DNA from: Acutalibacteraceae bacterium | GTDB lineage: Bacteria > Bacillota > Clostridia > Oscillospirales > Acutalibacteraceae | Reading direction: 5' to 3' | Assembly (NCBI GenBank): GCA_045123695.1 | Contig: JBGVKJ010000019.1 | Location: 204,805 to 268,804, forward strand | DNA length: 64,000 bases | In this document: piece by piece, positions 37,458-46,611 of the stretch | How positions within the stretch are numbered: position 1 is the stretch's first letter | Layout: every line of letters starts with the position of its first letter | Notes under the pieces: model-generated | Database searches by the model: none | What the model saw: only the letters and a program-made list of their open reading frames with translations | Told to the model about the DNA's origin: nothing | Made by a program: the position numbers and the translations under genes

Positions 37458-38816
37458 ATGCCGCAAACAGCAAAACCTATGGCAATTAAGTTAAACAGTT
37501 ATTATGCAGGCGAAAGAGCTTCAGCCTGCGAGCTTAAAAAAATCGAAGCAGAAATCGTAAACGCACACAAGATGCTTCACGACGGTACCGGTAAGGGAAG
37601 TGATTTCCTCGGTTGGGTCGATCTTCCTGTCAATTATGACAAGGCAGAGTTTGAAGCTATCAAAAAGGCAGCCGATAAAATCAAGTCTGATTCTCAGGCT
37701 CTTATCGTTATCGGTATAGGCGGCTCCTATCTCGGTGCCCGTGCAGCTATCGAGTTCTGTAAGTCCTCTAACTACAATCTTCTTGCAAAGGATACTCCGC
37801 AAATATTCTTTACAGGTAACACAATCAGCTCTTCTTCTGTTGCAGATGTTATGAGCCTTGTCGAGGGCAAAGATTTTTCAGTAAACGTTATATCCAAGAG
37901 CGGTACTACTACCGAGCCTGCCGTCGCTTTCCGTGTATTCAAGGAGCTTCTTGAAAAGAAATACGGCAAAGAAGAGGCAGCAAAGCGTATTTATGTAACA
38001 ACCGATAAGGCAAAGGGTACACTCAAGTCCCTTGCAGACAAAGAAGGTTATCAGACTTTCGTTGTTCCCGATGATGTCGGCGGTCGTTACTCCGTTCTTA
38101 CAGCTGTCGGTCTGCTTCCCATCGCAGCCGCAGGTATAGATATCGACGCACTTATGCAGGGTGCGGCAGATGCCAGAGAAAAGTACTCTGTTCCTTCACT
38201 CGAGAACGACTGCTACAAGTATGCTGCAATCCGCAACCTTCTCTACCGTGCAGGTAAAAAGGTTGAAATGTTTGTAGGCTACGAGCCTTCCTTCACACTT
38301 ATGTGCGAGTGGCTCAAGCAGCTCTACGGTGAGAGCGAAGGCAAAGAAAACAAAGGCATCTATCCTTCTTCAGCGATTTATTCCACTGATCTTCATTCAC
38401 TCGGCCAGTACGTACAGGAAGGCGAGAGAATGCTTTTCGAAACAGTGGTTTATTTCGATAAAGTAAAGGCTGACGTCAATATTGAGGTTGACCCCGAAAA
38501 TGTCGACGGCCTTAATTTCCTCGCAGGCAAGACGGTTTCATTCGTAAACCGCAAGGCCTTTGAGGGCACACTTCTTGCACATACCGACGGCGATGTTCCC
38601 AACATCGTGCTTGAGGTTGAGCAGATGGATGAGTATAACCTCGGTGAGCTCATCTACTTCTTCGAAAAGGCCTGTGCAATTTCAGGCTATGTGCTCGGTG
38701 TAAATCCCTTCGACCAGCCCGGTGTAGAAAGCTACAAGAAGAACATGTTTGCGTTACTCGGCAAGCCCGGTTACGAAGATATGAAAGCAGAGCTGGAAGC
38801 AAAACTTAACAGATAA
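37458..38816 (+). CDS. pgi: Glucose-6-phosphate isomerase
   Basis: 452 aa. Motifs [33 protein letters not shown] and QLYGESEGK. The start could be M8 (37479). Confidence 0.93.
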   Translation: MPQTAKPMAIKLNSYYAGERASACELKKIEAEIVNAHKMLHDGTGKGSDFLGWVDLPVNYDKAEFEAIKKAADKIKSDSQALIVIGIGGSYLGARAAIEFCKSSNYNLLAKDTPQIFFTGNTISSSSVADVMSLVEGKDFSVNVISKSGTTTEPAVAFRVFKELLEKKYGKEEAAKRIYVTTDKAKGTLKSLADKEGYQTFVVPDDVGGRYSVLTAVGLLPIAAAGIDIDALMQGAADAREKYSVPSLENDCYKYAAIRNLLYRAGKKVEMFVGYEPSFTLMCEWLKQLYGESEGKENKGIYPSSAIYSTDLHSLGQYVQEGERMLFETVVYFDKVKADVNIEVDPENVDGLNFLAGKTVSFVNRKAFEGTLLAHTDGDVPNIVLEVEQMDEYNLGELIYFFEKACAISGYVLGVNPFDQPGVESYKKNMFALLGKPGYEDMKAELEAKLNR

Positions 38817-38839
38817 AACAATATAAAGGAGCGATTACT

Positions 38840-39256
38840 ATGGTAAAACTTATTCTCGGTCACAAGGGTGCAGGTAAAACAAAGAAGCTTATTGAGCTTG
38901 TCAACGCAGCAGTTGAGAAGTCCACAGGTAACGTTGTCTGCATCGAAAAAGAGGCAGCTCTTACTTACGATATTACACATCGCTGCAGACTTACAGCAGC
39001 TGACGACTATAAAGTAAGCGGTTACGATGCATACTACGGCTTTATCTGCGGTATCTTCGCAGGTGACCACGACATCACAGATGTTTTTGCTGACGCTACT
39101 CTCCGTATCGGCGGCAGAAACTATGACGAGCTTGCAGATTTCCTTGTCAAGGTTGCTGAGCTTTCCGCTAAAGAAGGTAAGGATGTTATCTTCACAGTAT
39201 CCGCTGATAAGGAAGAAATTCCTGCTAAGGTCTTCGAGGTTTGCGAAGTACTGTAA
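38840..39256 (+). CDS. Hypothetical 138-aa protein with a Walker-A-like N-terminus
   Basis: MVKLILGHKGAGKTKKL matches GxxxxGK[ST] directly after a beta-strand. RBS AAGGAG lies upstream. I recognise no other family. Confidence 0.5.
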   Translation: MVKLILGHKGAGKTKKLIELVNAAVEKSTGNVVCIEKEAALTYDITHRCRLTAADDYKVSGYDAYYGFICGIFAGDHDITDVFADATLRIGGRNYDELADFLVKVAELSAKEGKDVIFTVSADKEEIPAKVFEVCEVL

Positions 39257-39272
39257 AAATTAAATTTTTTTC

Positions 39273-39301
39273 TTGACAAAGCGCAACTGAAACGATATAA
39301 T
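39273..39301 (+). promoter_or_regulatory. Sigma-A-type promoter for yceD-rpmF
   Basis: TTGACA at 39273-39278, a 17-nt spacer, then TATAAT at 39296-39301. Confidence 0.6.
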
Positions 39302-39360
39302 AATCTTTGCGTGTTATTCGGCACGGTGCCCGTGTACCCTTTACGGAGGTATCAACAAAG

Positions 39361-39864
39361 GTGTTTATAGAGCTTGAACCCATTTTTAACAACATAGGCG
39401 AAAAGCTGGAGTTCGATTACGACCTCGATTTGTCCGATGTCGACGTCTCAACTCTGTATCCTTTTGCCACACCTATAAAGGTTAAGGGCAGCGTTTTTAA
39501 CAAGGCAGGCATAGTTCAGCTTGTTGCTGATACTGTTTTTACTTATTCTGCGCCTTGTGACCGTTGCGCACAGCATACAGAAAAAAATCTTTCAATCCCC
39601 GTTGACCACGTGCTGGTCACTTCGCTCAACGATGAAGAGAACGATGAGCTGATTCTTGTCGAATCGCTTCGTTTCAATCTTGATGAGCTTGTTACGGAGG
39701 ATATTTTGCTCGGCTTGCCGACAAGGCATCTGTGCAAGGAAGATTGCAAGGGTGTTTGTCAGTATTGCGGCAAAAACCTTAATCACGACTCATGCAGCTG
39801 TTCTGCACCGATAGACCCGCGTCTTGCGGCTTTGCAGCAACTGTTGAATAATAACGATGAGTAG
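39361..39864 (+). CDS. yceD: YceD-family (DUF177) protein
   Basis: Cys-rich C-terminus ([23 protein letters not shown]) and a conserved position directly upstream of rpmF. GGAGG at 39345-39349 precedes the GTG at 39361. Confidence 0.8.
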   Translation: MFIELEPIFNNIGEKLEFDYDLDLSDVDVSTLYPFATPIKVKGSVFNKAGIVQLVADTVFTYSAPCDRCAQHTEKNLSIPVDHVLVTSLNDEENDELILVESLRFNLDELVTEDILLGLPTRHLCKEDCKGVCQYCGKNLNHDSCSCSAPIDPRLAALQQLLNNNDE

Positions 39865-39893
39865 AAGTTACACACCAGCAAGGAGGTTCCAAA

Positions 39894-40076
39894 ATGGCAG
39901 TTCCGAAGAGAAGAGTCTCTAAGGCAAGAAGAGACAAGAGACGCAGCAGCGTATGGAAGCTTAATGCACCTGAGCTCGTCAAGTGCCCCAAGTGCGGCGA
40001 GTACAAGAGACCGCACAGACTGTGTGCTAATTGTGGTTACTACAATGGCAGACAGGTAGTTGAAACAGAGGCATAA
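39894..40076 (+). CDS. rpmF: 50S ribosomal protein L32
   Basis: [17 protein letters not shown]... with a CPKCG...CANCG zinc ribbon, 60 aa. Confidence 0.95.
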   Translation: MAVPKRRVSKARRDKRRSSVWKLNAPELVKCPKCGEYKRPHRLCANCGYYNGRQVVETEA

Positions 40077-40090
40077 GCTTTAGGCTTTAA

Positions 40091-40135
40091 GGCAGAGAGG
40101 TGCTCTATCTCTCTGCCTTTTGCTTTTGTTTTTGC
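40091..40135 (+). terminator. Rho-independent terminator after rpmF
   Basis: Stem GGCAGAGAG (40091-40099) pairs with CTCTCTGCC (40109-40117), followed by TTTTGCTTTTGTTTTT. Confidence 0.8.
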
Positions 40136-40152
40136 GGATAAATTTTGTATTT

Positions 40153-40341
40153 TTCTGCGTTGTTTCGGACTCGAAATACCTTTGTATTCCTTTGTCCTCA
40201 CGCCTTGAATAACGCAAAATTTATCACGCAAAAACTGACCTTTTGATTTTGTGCTCTTCTGCGTTGTTTCGGACTCGAAATACCTTTGTATTCCTTTGTC
40301 CTCACGCCTTGAATAACGCAAAATTTATCGCGCAAAAACTG
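40153..40341. repeat. Tandem direct duplication of an 85-bp palindrome-containing unit (period 104 bp)
   Basis: Copy 1 (40153-40237) and copy 2 (40257-40341) are identical at 84 of 85 positions; the only difference is A/G at TTATC[A/G]CGC. Each unit contains GAAATAC-CTTTG-TATTCC and the outer pairing GCGTTGTTT/GAATAACGC. Confidence 0.9.
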
Positions 40342-40376
40342 TACTCTTAAAATCATTGGATTTAAGGTGGTTTTTA

Positions 40377-41054
40377 ATGAGCATATTCTGTTGGGATTTT
40401 GACGGCACGCTTGCCTACTGCAATCATTTATGGAGCGGTAGTGTTTTCCGTGCACTTAATGAAACCGTTTCAGGTCACACCGTTACGTTTCAGGATATCA
40501 GGCGGTGCAACACAAGCGGTTTTACCTGGCATACTCCCGATGAGGATTTTACAGAGTTTGTCGGTGAAAAATGGTGGGAGTTTATGAATTCTCACTTTTT
40601 CAGAAGCTTTGTTTCGCTCGGCATTGATGAAAATCAGGCGAAGGCTGCAAGTGAAAAGGTTAGAGAGATAATAATGCTCCCGTCAAACTATAATTTGTTT
40701 GATGATACGGTGGATGTGCTCATAAAATCGAAAGAAAAAGGGCACACCAATATAATTCTTTCCAATAATTATCCCGAGCTTGAAGTGATAACTGATGCTT
40801 TGGGTATTACAAAGTATTTTGATAGACTTATAATTTCGGGTCTTGTAGGGTACGATAAGCCGAGAAAAGAGATATTTGATATAGCAAAATCTTATTATCC
40901 CGATGAAGATTTTGTTATGATAGGGGATAACCCCGTTGCTGATATTATCGGCGGTAAAGCCGCAGGTATGACAACGGTTTTAGTCCACAAAGGCTATGAT
41001 AAAAATGCAGATTATTGCTTTGATAATCTGAGTGATATATGTTCGATTATGTGA
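40377..41054 (+). CDS. HAD-superfamily hydrolase
   Basis: MSIFCWDFDGTLA (DxDxT motif I), LSNN (motif II) and GDNPVADIIGG (motif IV). AAGGTGG precedes the ATG at 40377. Confidence 0.75.
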   Translation: MSIFCWDFDGTLAYCNHLWSGSVFRALNETVSGHTVTFQDIRRCNTSGFTWHTPDEDFTEFVGEKWWEFMNSHFFRSFVSLGIDENQAKAASEKVREIIMLPSNYNLFDDTVDVLIKSKEKGHTNIILSNNYPELEVITDALGITKYFDRLIISGLVGYDKPRKEIFDIAKSYYPDEDFVMIGDNPVADIIGGKAAGMTTVLVHKGYDKNADYCFDNLSDICSIM

Positions 41055-41076
41055 TTTTTCAGGGAGGTGACGTTAA

Positions 41077-42384
41077 GTGTCAGTTAAAATTAAAGATGTT
41101 GAAAAAGGCTCAATCTGCTACAAAAAAATATCTGGCGGTGAGACACTTATCTCCGTCAACTCTCACGAGATTAACGACGTGCTCGACTACCGCTTTTACA
41201 GCAGTGAATGTAAGCTCAAGCTTGAAATTGAGAACGAAAAGGGTAAGCGACGCACTGTTAAAATCAAGAAAGACGAATATGACGATTTGGGACTGTGCTT
41301 TGAAACTTATCTTATGGACAAGCATCACTCCTGCAAAAACAAGTGCATATTCTGTTTCATAGACCAGATGCCAAAGGGTATGAGAGAGAGCCTTTATTTT
41401 AAGGATGACGATTCGCGTCTTTCTTTCCTTTTCGGCAACTATGTTACACTTACAAATCTTACCGACCGTGATATTGACAGGATTATTGAGATGCATATAA
41501 GTCCCGTCAATGTTTCGGTTCACACAATGAATCCTGAGCTTCGTGTTGAGATGATGAAAAATCCGAATTCCGGTACATCTCTGCGTTATCTCAACCGCCT
41601 TGCGGATGCAGGTATTAAGCTCAACACACAGCTTGTGCTTTGTCCCGGTATAAATGACGGCAAGGAGCTTGAATTCAGCCTTAGTGAGCTTGGCAAGCTC
41701 TATCCTGCAGTGCAGAGTATAGCCTGCGTGCCCGTAGGTCTTACCAAACACCGTGAGGGTTTGCATCCGCTTGAAGCCTATAATAAAGAAACGGCAGCCG
41801 CAGTTATTGATACGGTTGACGATTTTAATGCTCATTTTAAGTTTTTTAAAGGTGAGACGATTGCTTTTGCAGCTGATGAGTTTTATCTTTGCGCAGGTCG
41901 GGAAATTCCCGATGCCGATTATTACGGTGAATATCCTCAGCTTGAAAACGGCGTCGGAATGTGGCGACTTCTGGAGGATGAATTTAAATCTGCTCTTGAG
42001 GACAGCGAATACGAACTTGCGGAAAACAGAAATATAACTGCCGTAACGGGTGCTGCGGCATATCCGCTTATTAATAAACTTGCAAAATCGGCAGAAAAGA
42101 AGTATGATAAGCTTAAAATAAATGTTATCAAGATAAACAACGATTTCTTCGGTGAAAGCGTTACCGTAGCAGGTTTGCTTACAGGTCAGGATATTATCGC
42201 TCAGCTTGATGGTAAAGACCTCGGAGATGAGCTGATAATTCCCGATTCTGCTTTGCGTGACGGTGAGGAAGTTTTCCTCGACGATATTACGGTAACGGAG
42301 CTTTCAGAAAAGCTTGGTATACCCGTAACATCTTGTGTTGCGGACGGATACGAGCTGTTAGATAAATTTTTAGGAGGCGAGTGA
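41077..42384 (+). CDS. DUF512-family radical-SAM-related protein (PDZ-like N-terminus)
   Basis: 435 aa. Cys cluster HHSCKNKCIFCFIDQ and LSFLFGNYVTLTNL. It occupies the position immediately upstream of der that I recall as common in Clostridia (from memory, not checked). GTG start after GGAGG. Confidence 0.7.
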   Translation: MSVKIKDVEKGSICYKKISGGETLISVNSHEINDVLDYRFYSSECKLKLEIENEKGKRRTVKIKKDEYDDLGLCFETYLMDKHHSCKNKCIFCFIDQMPKGMRESLYFKDDDSRLSFLFGNYVTLTNLTDRDIDRIIEMHISPVNVSVHTMNPELRVEMMKNPNSGTSLRYLNRLADAGIKLNTQLVLCPGINDGKELEFSLSELGKLYPAVQSIACVPVGLTKHREGLHPLEAYNKETAAAVIDTVDDFNAHFKFFKGETIAFAADEFYLCAGREIPDADYYGEYPQLENGVGMWRLLEDEFKSALEDSEYELAENRNITAVTGAAAYPLINKLAKSAEKKYDKLKINVIKINNDFFGESVTVAGLLTGQDIIAQLDGKDLGDELIIPDSALRDGEEVFLDDITVTELSEKLGIPVTSCVADGYELLDKFLGGE

Positions 42385-42388
42385 TAAT

Positions 42389-43717
42389 ATGGCAAAACCG
42401 ATAGTTGCCGTTGTCGGCAGACCTAATGTCGGCAAATCGACACTTTTCAATAAGCTTTGCGGTAAAAGGCTGTCTATTGTTGACGATACACCGGGTGTCA
42501 CGCGTGACAGAATTTTCGGCGAATGCGAATGGGTTAACAGAAATATGATTCTTGTCGATACGGGCGGTATTGAGCCGTATTCAGACGATATTATTCTTTC
42601 ACAGATGCGCCGTCAGGCACAGCTTGCGATTGACAGTGCGGATGTTACAATCCTCGTTTGCGATGTGCGCACAGGTGTTGTTGCAGCTGATGAAGAGGTT
42701 GCGGCAATGCTTCAGAAAAGCGGCAAGCCCGTTGTTCTTTGCGTAAACAAGTGCGACTCCATAGGTGAGCCTCCGCTTGAATTTTATGAGTTCTATAATC
42801 TCGGTCTCGGTGACCCGATTGCTGTTTCTTCGGTACACGGTCACGGTACGGGTGACCTGCTTGATGCAGTGCTCTCATATATTCCCGAGGAAGAGGAGCA
42901 GGAAGAGGAAGACGATACAATCAAGGTTGCCATTATCGGTAAGCCCAACGTCGGCAAATCCTCGCTTGTTAACAAGATTTCAGGCGAAGAGCGTGCTATT
43001 GTTTCCAATATCGCAGGTACTACACGTGATGCGACCGATACACATATCGAAAATAAATTCGGTAAATACGTGCTTATTGATACAGCGGGTCTCCGCCGTA
43101 AGAGCAGAGTTGATGATGCTATTGAAAAGTATTCGGTACTGCGTGCTAAAATGGCTGTTGAGCGTGCAACCGTATGCGTAATTATGATTGATGCTCAGGA
43201 AGGCTTTACCGAGCAGGATTCAAAGGTTGCAGGTATTGCACACGAGATGGGCAAGGCTTGCATTATCGCTGTAAATAAGTGGGATGCAGTAGAAAAAGAC
43301 GGCAAGACAATGGATTCTTACCGCAAAAAGCTTATGAACGATTTTTCGTTTATGTCTTATGCTCCTATTATTTTTATCTCTGCTAAAACAGGTCAGCGAC
43401 TCGACAGACTGTTTGAGCTTATCAATTTTGTTGACGGCCAGAATGCTATGCGTATCCAGACAGGTAAGCTCAATCAGGTGCTTGCCGATGCAACTGCAAG
43501 AGTACAGCCGCCGACCGATAAGGGCAAGCGACTCAAGATTTACTATATGACTCAGGCTTCAACACGTCCACCGACGTTTGTGTGCTTTGTCAATAAAAAA
43601 GAGCTTTTCCACTACAGCTATCAGCGTTACCTTGATAACCAGATTCGTGAGGTTTTCGGTCTTGAAGGTACACCGACACGCTTCGTAATTCACGAGCGTG
43701 AGGAAAAGAAAAAATAA
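42389..43717 (+). CDS. der: Ribosome-biogenesis GTPase Der (EngA), tandem GTPase domains plus KH-like domain
   Basis: Two G-domains (GRPNVGKST...DTGG...NKCD and GKPNVGKSS...DTAG...NKWD), 442 aa. Confidence 0.95.
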   Translation: MAKPIVAVVGRPNVGKSTLFNKLCGKRLSIVDDTPGVTRDRIFGECEWVNRNMILVDTGGIEPYSDDIILSQMRRQAQLAIDSADVTILVCDVRTGVVAADEEVAAMLQKSGKPVVLCVNKCDSIGEPPLEFYEFYNLGLGDPIAVSSVHGHGTGDLLDAVLSYIPEEEEQEEEDDTIKVAIIGKPNVGKSSLVNKISGEERAIVSNIAGTTRDATDTHIENKFGKYVLIDTAGLRRKSRVDDAIEKYSVLRAKMAVERATVCVIMIDAQEGFTEQDSKVAGIAHEMGKACIIAVNKWDAVEKDGKTMDSYRKKLMNDFSFMSYAPIIFISAKTGQRLDRLFELINFVDGQNAMRIQTGKLNQVLADATARVQPPTDKGKRLKIYYMTQASTRPPTFVCFVNKKELFHYSYQRYLDNQIREVFGLEGTPTRFVIHEREEKKK

Positions 43718-43718
43718 T

Positions 43719-43913
43719 TTAAAAATCCAATATCTTTTTCAGCTCAGTGCCGATTTCTTCAGCACTGAGCTGAATTGTTTCAGGCTCTTCTCCAAATACT
43801 GCATATCTGCCTTTTTCCTGTGTGAGCAGTATTCCGCAGGCAGAGAAAACAGTAATAGCAAGTATAAAAACAATAATAAAATAGTATCTCAATGTATCTT
43901 TCAATATTCTCAT
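43719..43913 (-). CDS. Small single-TM protein translationally coupled to spoIIP (hypothetical)
   Basis: 64 aa with TM segment YYFIIVFILAITVFSACGIL. Its ATG overlaps the spoIIP stop (ATGA at 43910-43913). Confidence 0.45.
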   Translation of the reverse strand: MRILKDTLRYYFIIVFILAITVFSACGILLTQEKGRYAVFGEEPETIQLSAEEIGTELKKILDF

Positions 43914-45046
43914 CCTTGGTTTGAGTTTAATAGTTTGACAAGTGCACTGCCGAGCAGTCTGCCCGAATATGCCGCTTCTTCAAGTGTGTTTGCACAGCTG
44001 CCCATTTCTACAAGCAGATTGTTGGGCGACAGATCCATATTATATTTGCGTTGACAGAAATATACGGGTCGCATCAGTCCCGGGTACATTTCTTCACATA
44101 CGCTTTGCAGATTCAGTGCAAATGTCAGATTTTTCTTCCAGTTAGGGAATGCGGTAACCTTTCCCTCTTCGCATCCTGTTATTATCATCATCTGTGCCGC
44201 TTTTTTACCGAGAACGGTTGCAACAGGCTTTATTCTTGTGCCGTTATTCTCTTCGATTGCATCGCGGTGAATATCAAGCACAATTTTTATGCTCGGATAT
44301 TGCTTGAGGTATTTTTCTACACTCTTTCTTGAATGGTCGTATGCACCCGTGTACTTTGTATCGTGAATTTCTGTGTCGTGTATTACGGTGTAGCCTGCAG
44401 CTTCAAGTTGTTTTTTTATCTCTGTGCCGACTCTTACCATATTGCGGTCAGCTGAATTACTGCGCGTTACATAATCCTGAGCATACCATCCTCTGTCCAG
44501 CATTTCGTAGCTTTCCGTTGTGTGCGTATGAAAAATCAGTACGGATGGCTGCGATTTGTCACTGATTTTTAAATCAGGCTTTGCTGTAAGAAACTGGCTC
44601 AGGTTTAGTTTTTGCTGTGTGTCGGTGTTGTTTCTGACAAGTATATTGCCTACGGTAGTTGTTACGGTGCTTTTGCCGTACTGTTTTTCAATTATTTTGC
44701 CGTCCTCAACATCATCTGCGGCACCTGACTTTGCCGCTTCAATAAGCCTTTTTATGTCTTCGGGTGTGTTAGTCAGTGCGTCAAGCGGATTTGTTGCATA
44801 AACGGTGCGGTCAACCGATGTCAAGCTGTTACTTTCTTGGCTTCCTGAAGAAAAAAGCAGATTAAAGTATTCTTGTGTTGAAACGGTTTTTTCATTGTTT
44901 GGATTCAAAAGTCCGATTAAGGGTGTAACGGCACTGCTTTTTATTCCGACTGTCAGGGAAACAATGAGGATTATCGCTGTGATAACCGAAAAAATATCAT
45001 AAACTGTATCAAATTTATTTTTCAATTGTAATTCCTCCGCCGACAT
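43910..45046 (-). CDS. spoIIP: Stage II sporulation protein P (engulfment amidase/endopeptidase)
   Basis: 378 aa with an N-terminal TM. The conserved core runs VLIFHTHTTESY...DIHRDA...FALNLQ. The gpr-spoIIP adjacency matches Bacillus. Confidence 0.85.
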   Translation of the reverse strand: MSAEELQLKNKFDTVYDIFSVITAIILIVSLTVGIKSSAVTPLIGLLNPNNEKTVSTQEYFNLLFSSGSQESNSLTSVDRTVYATNPLDALTNTPEDIKRLIEAAKSGAADDVEDGKIIEKQYGKSTVTTTVGNILVRNNTDTQQKLNLSQFLTAKPDLKISDKSQPSVLIFHTHTTESYEMLDRGWYAQDYVTRSNSADRNMVRVGTEIKKQLEAAGYTVIHDTEIHDTKYTGAYDHSRKSVEKYLKQYPSIKIVLDIHRDAIEENNGTRIKPVATVLGKKAAQMMIITGCEEGKVTAFPNWKKNLTFALNLQSVCEEMYPGLMRPVYFCQRKYNMDLSPNNLLVEMGSCANTLEEAAYSGRLLGSALVKLLNSNQG

Positions 45047-45083
45047 ATTATTATATTTATATATATGTCTGCATCGGTGAGGT

Positions 45084-45947
45084 TTATGATACCAGCGTAT
45101 AAAGTTCCTCGGGATTCATATCGGGCTGTAAGGCGGAGTTTATTGCTGTTGCAACAAGCTTGGATGCACGCTCTGTTATAAGGTCAATTTCCCGCGGCGT
45201 TACCATCATTTTTTCGCCGTTTTTTCCGAGCTTCTGCTCCTGTCCTGTTAAATCGTAAGCAAGTGTCGCGGCATCTACGACTGTAGGTACACCTACCGCA
45301 ATTACGGGTACTCCCATTGTGTCTTTGCTTATTTCAGCTCTTGCGTTACCTACACCTGATCCCGGGGTTATGCCGGTGTTGCAAATCTGCACGGTGCATC
45401 CCAGTCGTGACAGACTTCGTGAAGCAAGTGCGTCAACAGTTATAACAGCAGCAGGGGATATCTGTCTGATTATTCCTGCGAGTATTTCTCCTGTTTCAAT
45501 TCCGTTTTGTCCGAGTACACCGGGCGCTATTCTCGCTACGGGTCGCAGGTGCTCGAAACCTAACGATTTTTGCAGTTCTTTGCCTATATGTCTTGTAGAA
45601 AAAATCAGTGAAGCGCATTTTGGCCCAAATGCATCTGGGGTTATCTGTTCGTTACCGAGTCCCGCAACGAGAATAAGCCCTTTAGCAGGAAGTAGCTTTT
45701 TTAGCTCAGTTGCAACTGCCTGCATACCATCGCTGAATATGTCGGCATTATTGCCGAACCCCGGCAACTCAACGGTTATATATGTGCCTCTTTTCCGTTT
45801 TAATGCTTTTTCGCCGTTTTCGTTTGTGATTTTAATTTGAGTTATTCTGGCGTTGCCGTGTGTAGTTTCTGTTTTTTTAGTGCCGTCAGGCTCATTTTTG
45901 CCGTTTATTTCGTGCTGTTCAAGCGCTAAATCCGTTCGTAAGTCCAT
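45084..45947 (-). CDS. gpr: Germination protease (GPR endopeptidase)
   Basis: MDLRTDLALE N-terminus, VAGLGN, and VIAVGVPTVVDA. AAAGGAAG lies 8 nt before the ATG at 45947 (M8 of the track ORF). Confidence 0.9.
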   Translation of the reverse strand: MDLRTDLALEQHEINGKNEPDGTKKTETTHGNARITQIKITNENGEKALKRKRGTYITVELPGFGNNADIFSDGMQAVATELKKLLPAKGLILVAGLGNEQITPDAFGPKCASLIFSTRHIGKELQKSLGFEHLRPVARIAPGVLGQNGIETGEILAGIIRQISPAAVITVDALASRSLSRLGCTVQICNTGITPGSGVGNARAEISKDTMGVPVIAVGVPTVVDAATLAYDLTGQEQKLGKNGEKMMVTPREIDLITERASKLVATAINSALQPDMNPEELYTLVS

Positions 45948-46015
45948 AAGTTCCGCTTCCTTTCGCAAATAGTATGTGATATTTAAATATTTTTAAACTT
46001 TTCTTTAAAAATAAC

Positions 46016-46044
46016 TTGCATTTTACTTTAATAAATGATAATAT
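46016..46044 (+). promoter_or_regulatory. Sigma-A-type promoter (extended -10) for rpsT
   Basis: TTGCAT at 46016-46021, a 17-nt spacer ending in TGA, then TAATAT at 46039-46044. AAGGAGG RBS before the ATG at 46082. Confidence 0.6.
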
Positions 46045-46081
46045 ACATAGATGTGTGATAGTAAAAAGGAGGTGTACTCAA

Positions 46082-46339
46082 ATGCCGAACATCAAATCAG
46101 CAAAGAAGAGAGTTCTTGTCAACAAGACAAAGGCAGCTCGTAACAAGTCTGCTAACTCTGCACTCAAGACTGCAATCAAAAAGGCTAACGCTGCAATCGA
46201 GGCTAATTCTGCAGATAAGGATGTCCTTGTAAAGGCTGCGATCAAGAAGATCGACCAGGCTACAGCAAAGGGCATTATCCACAAGAACAATGCCGCAAGA
46301 AAGAAGTCTGCTCTTACAGTTAAGGCAAACAAGGCTTAA
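46082..46339 (+). CDS. rpsT: 30S ribosomal protein S20
   Basis: [23 protein letters not shown]..., 85 aa, basic and helical. Confidence 0.95.
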   Translation: MPNIKSAKKRVLVNKTKAARNKSANSALKTAIKKANAAIEANSADKDVLVKAAIKKIDQATAKGIIHKNNAARKKSALTVKANKA

Positions 46340-46611
46340 GGGAGAGCTGATTAATCCGAACTTGCCCAAAGCGAGTCTTTTCATCGCTTTTTGGCGTTTC
46401 GGTTTTGAAAGGCGTCAGCCTTCCTTCAACCTCAACATCCAAAAATCAACTGAAAATATTCGGCTTTTGGGTCGTAGAATTTTCTCAGAGAGGATTTTTG
46501 GTCAACCGAGGCGCAAAACGCAGCAAATACTTTTGTATTTGCGAGTATTTTAACAATGGGTGAGCAGAAATCCTCCTGCGAAAATCACAGTTAGGATTAA
46601 TCAACTCTCCC
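46340..46611. mobile_element. MITE-like non-autonomous element (272 bp, 18-nt terminal inverted repeats, TAA flanks, no ORF)
   Basis: GGGAGAGCTGATTAATCC (46340-46357) against the reverse complement of 46594-46611 (GGGAGAGTTGATTAATCC) matches at 17 of 18 positions, extending to 21 of 23. TAA sits at 46337-46339 and again at 46612-46614. A nested inverted pair lies at 46479-46500 / 46565-46585, and the central hairpin is GCAAATAC-TTTT-GTATTTGC (46523-46542). Confidence 0.5.

Noticed and set aside
40153-40341. CRISPR array
   Set aside because: There are only two repeat copies, the repeat (85 bp) is far longer than CRISPR repeats, the spacer between copies is 19 bp, and no cas genes are present.
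40040-40455. 93-aa and 85-aa minus-strand ORFs across the rpmF-HAD spacer
   Set aside because: Both are translations of the duplicated 85-bp repeat, and the peptide FLRDKFCVIQGVRTKEYKGISSPKQRR appears in both. Neither has an RBS.
41110-41835. 241-aa ORF antisense to the DUF512 gene
   Set aside because: It is a shadow ORF within a supported gene.
45970-45976. Forespore-type (sigma-F/G) -10 box CATACTA upstream of gpr
   Set aside because: The match is attractive for a gpr gene, but it lies only about 7 nt from the RBS and I could not find a convincing -35 at 17-18 nt. The support is too weak to report as a feature.
46016-46081. N-terminal extension of the rpsT ORF (track start 46016)
   Set aside because: The extension overlaps the promoter. 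AAGGAGG precedes the ATG at 46082, which yields the canonical S20 N-terminus [10 protein letters not shown].
46340-46611. 6S RNA or another known long-hairpin ncRNA
   Set aside because: It is longer than the roughly 180-200 nt I would expect for a bacterial 6S RNA. Its arms are strongly asymmetric, with a roughly 110-nt left-arm insertion. The perfect terminal inverted repeats with duplicated TAA flanks fit a mobile element better. Only a covariance-model search could settle this.
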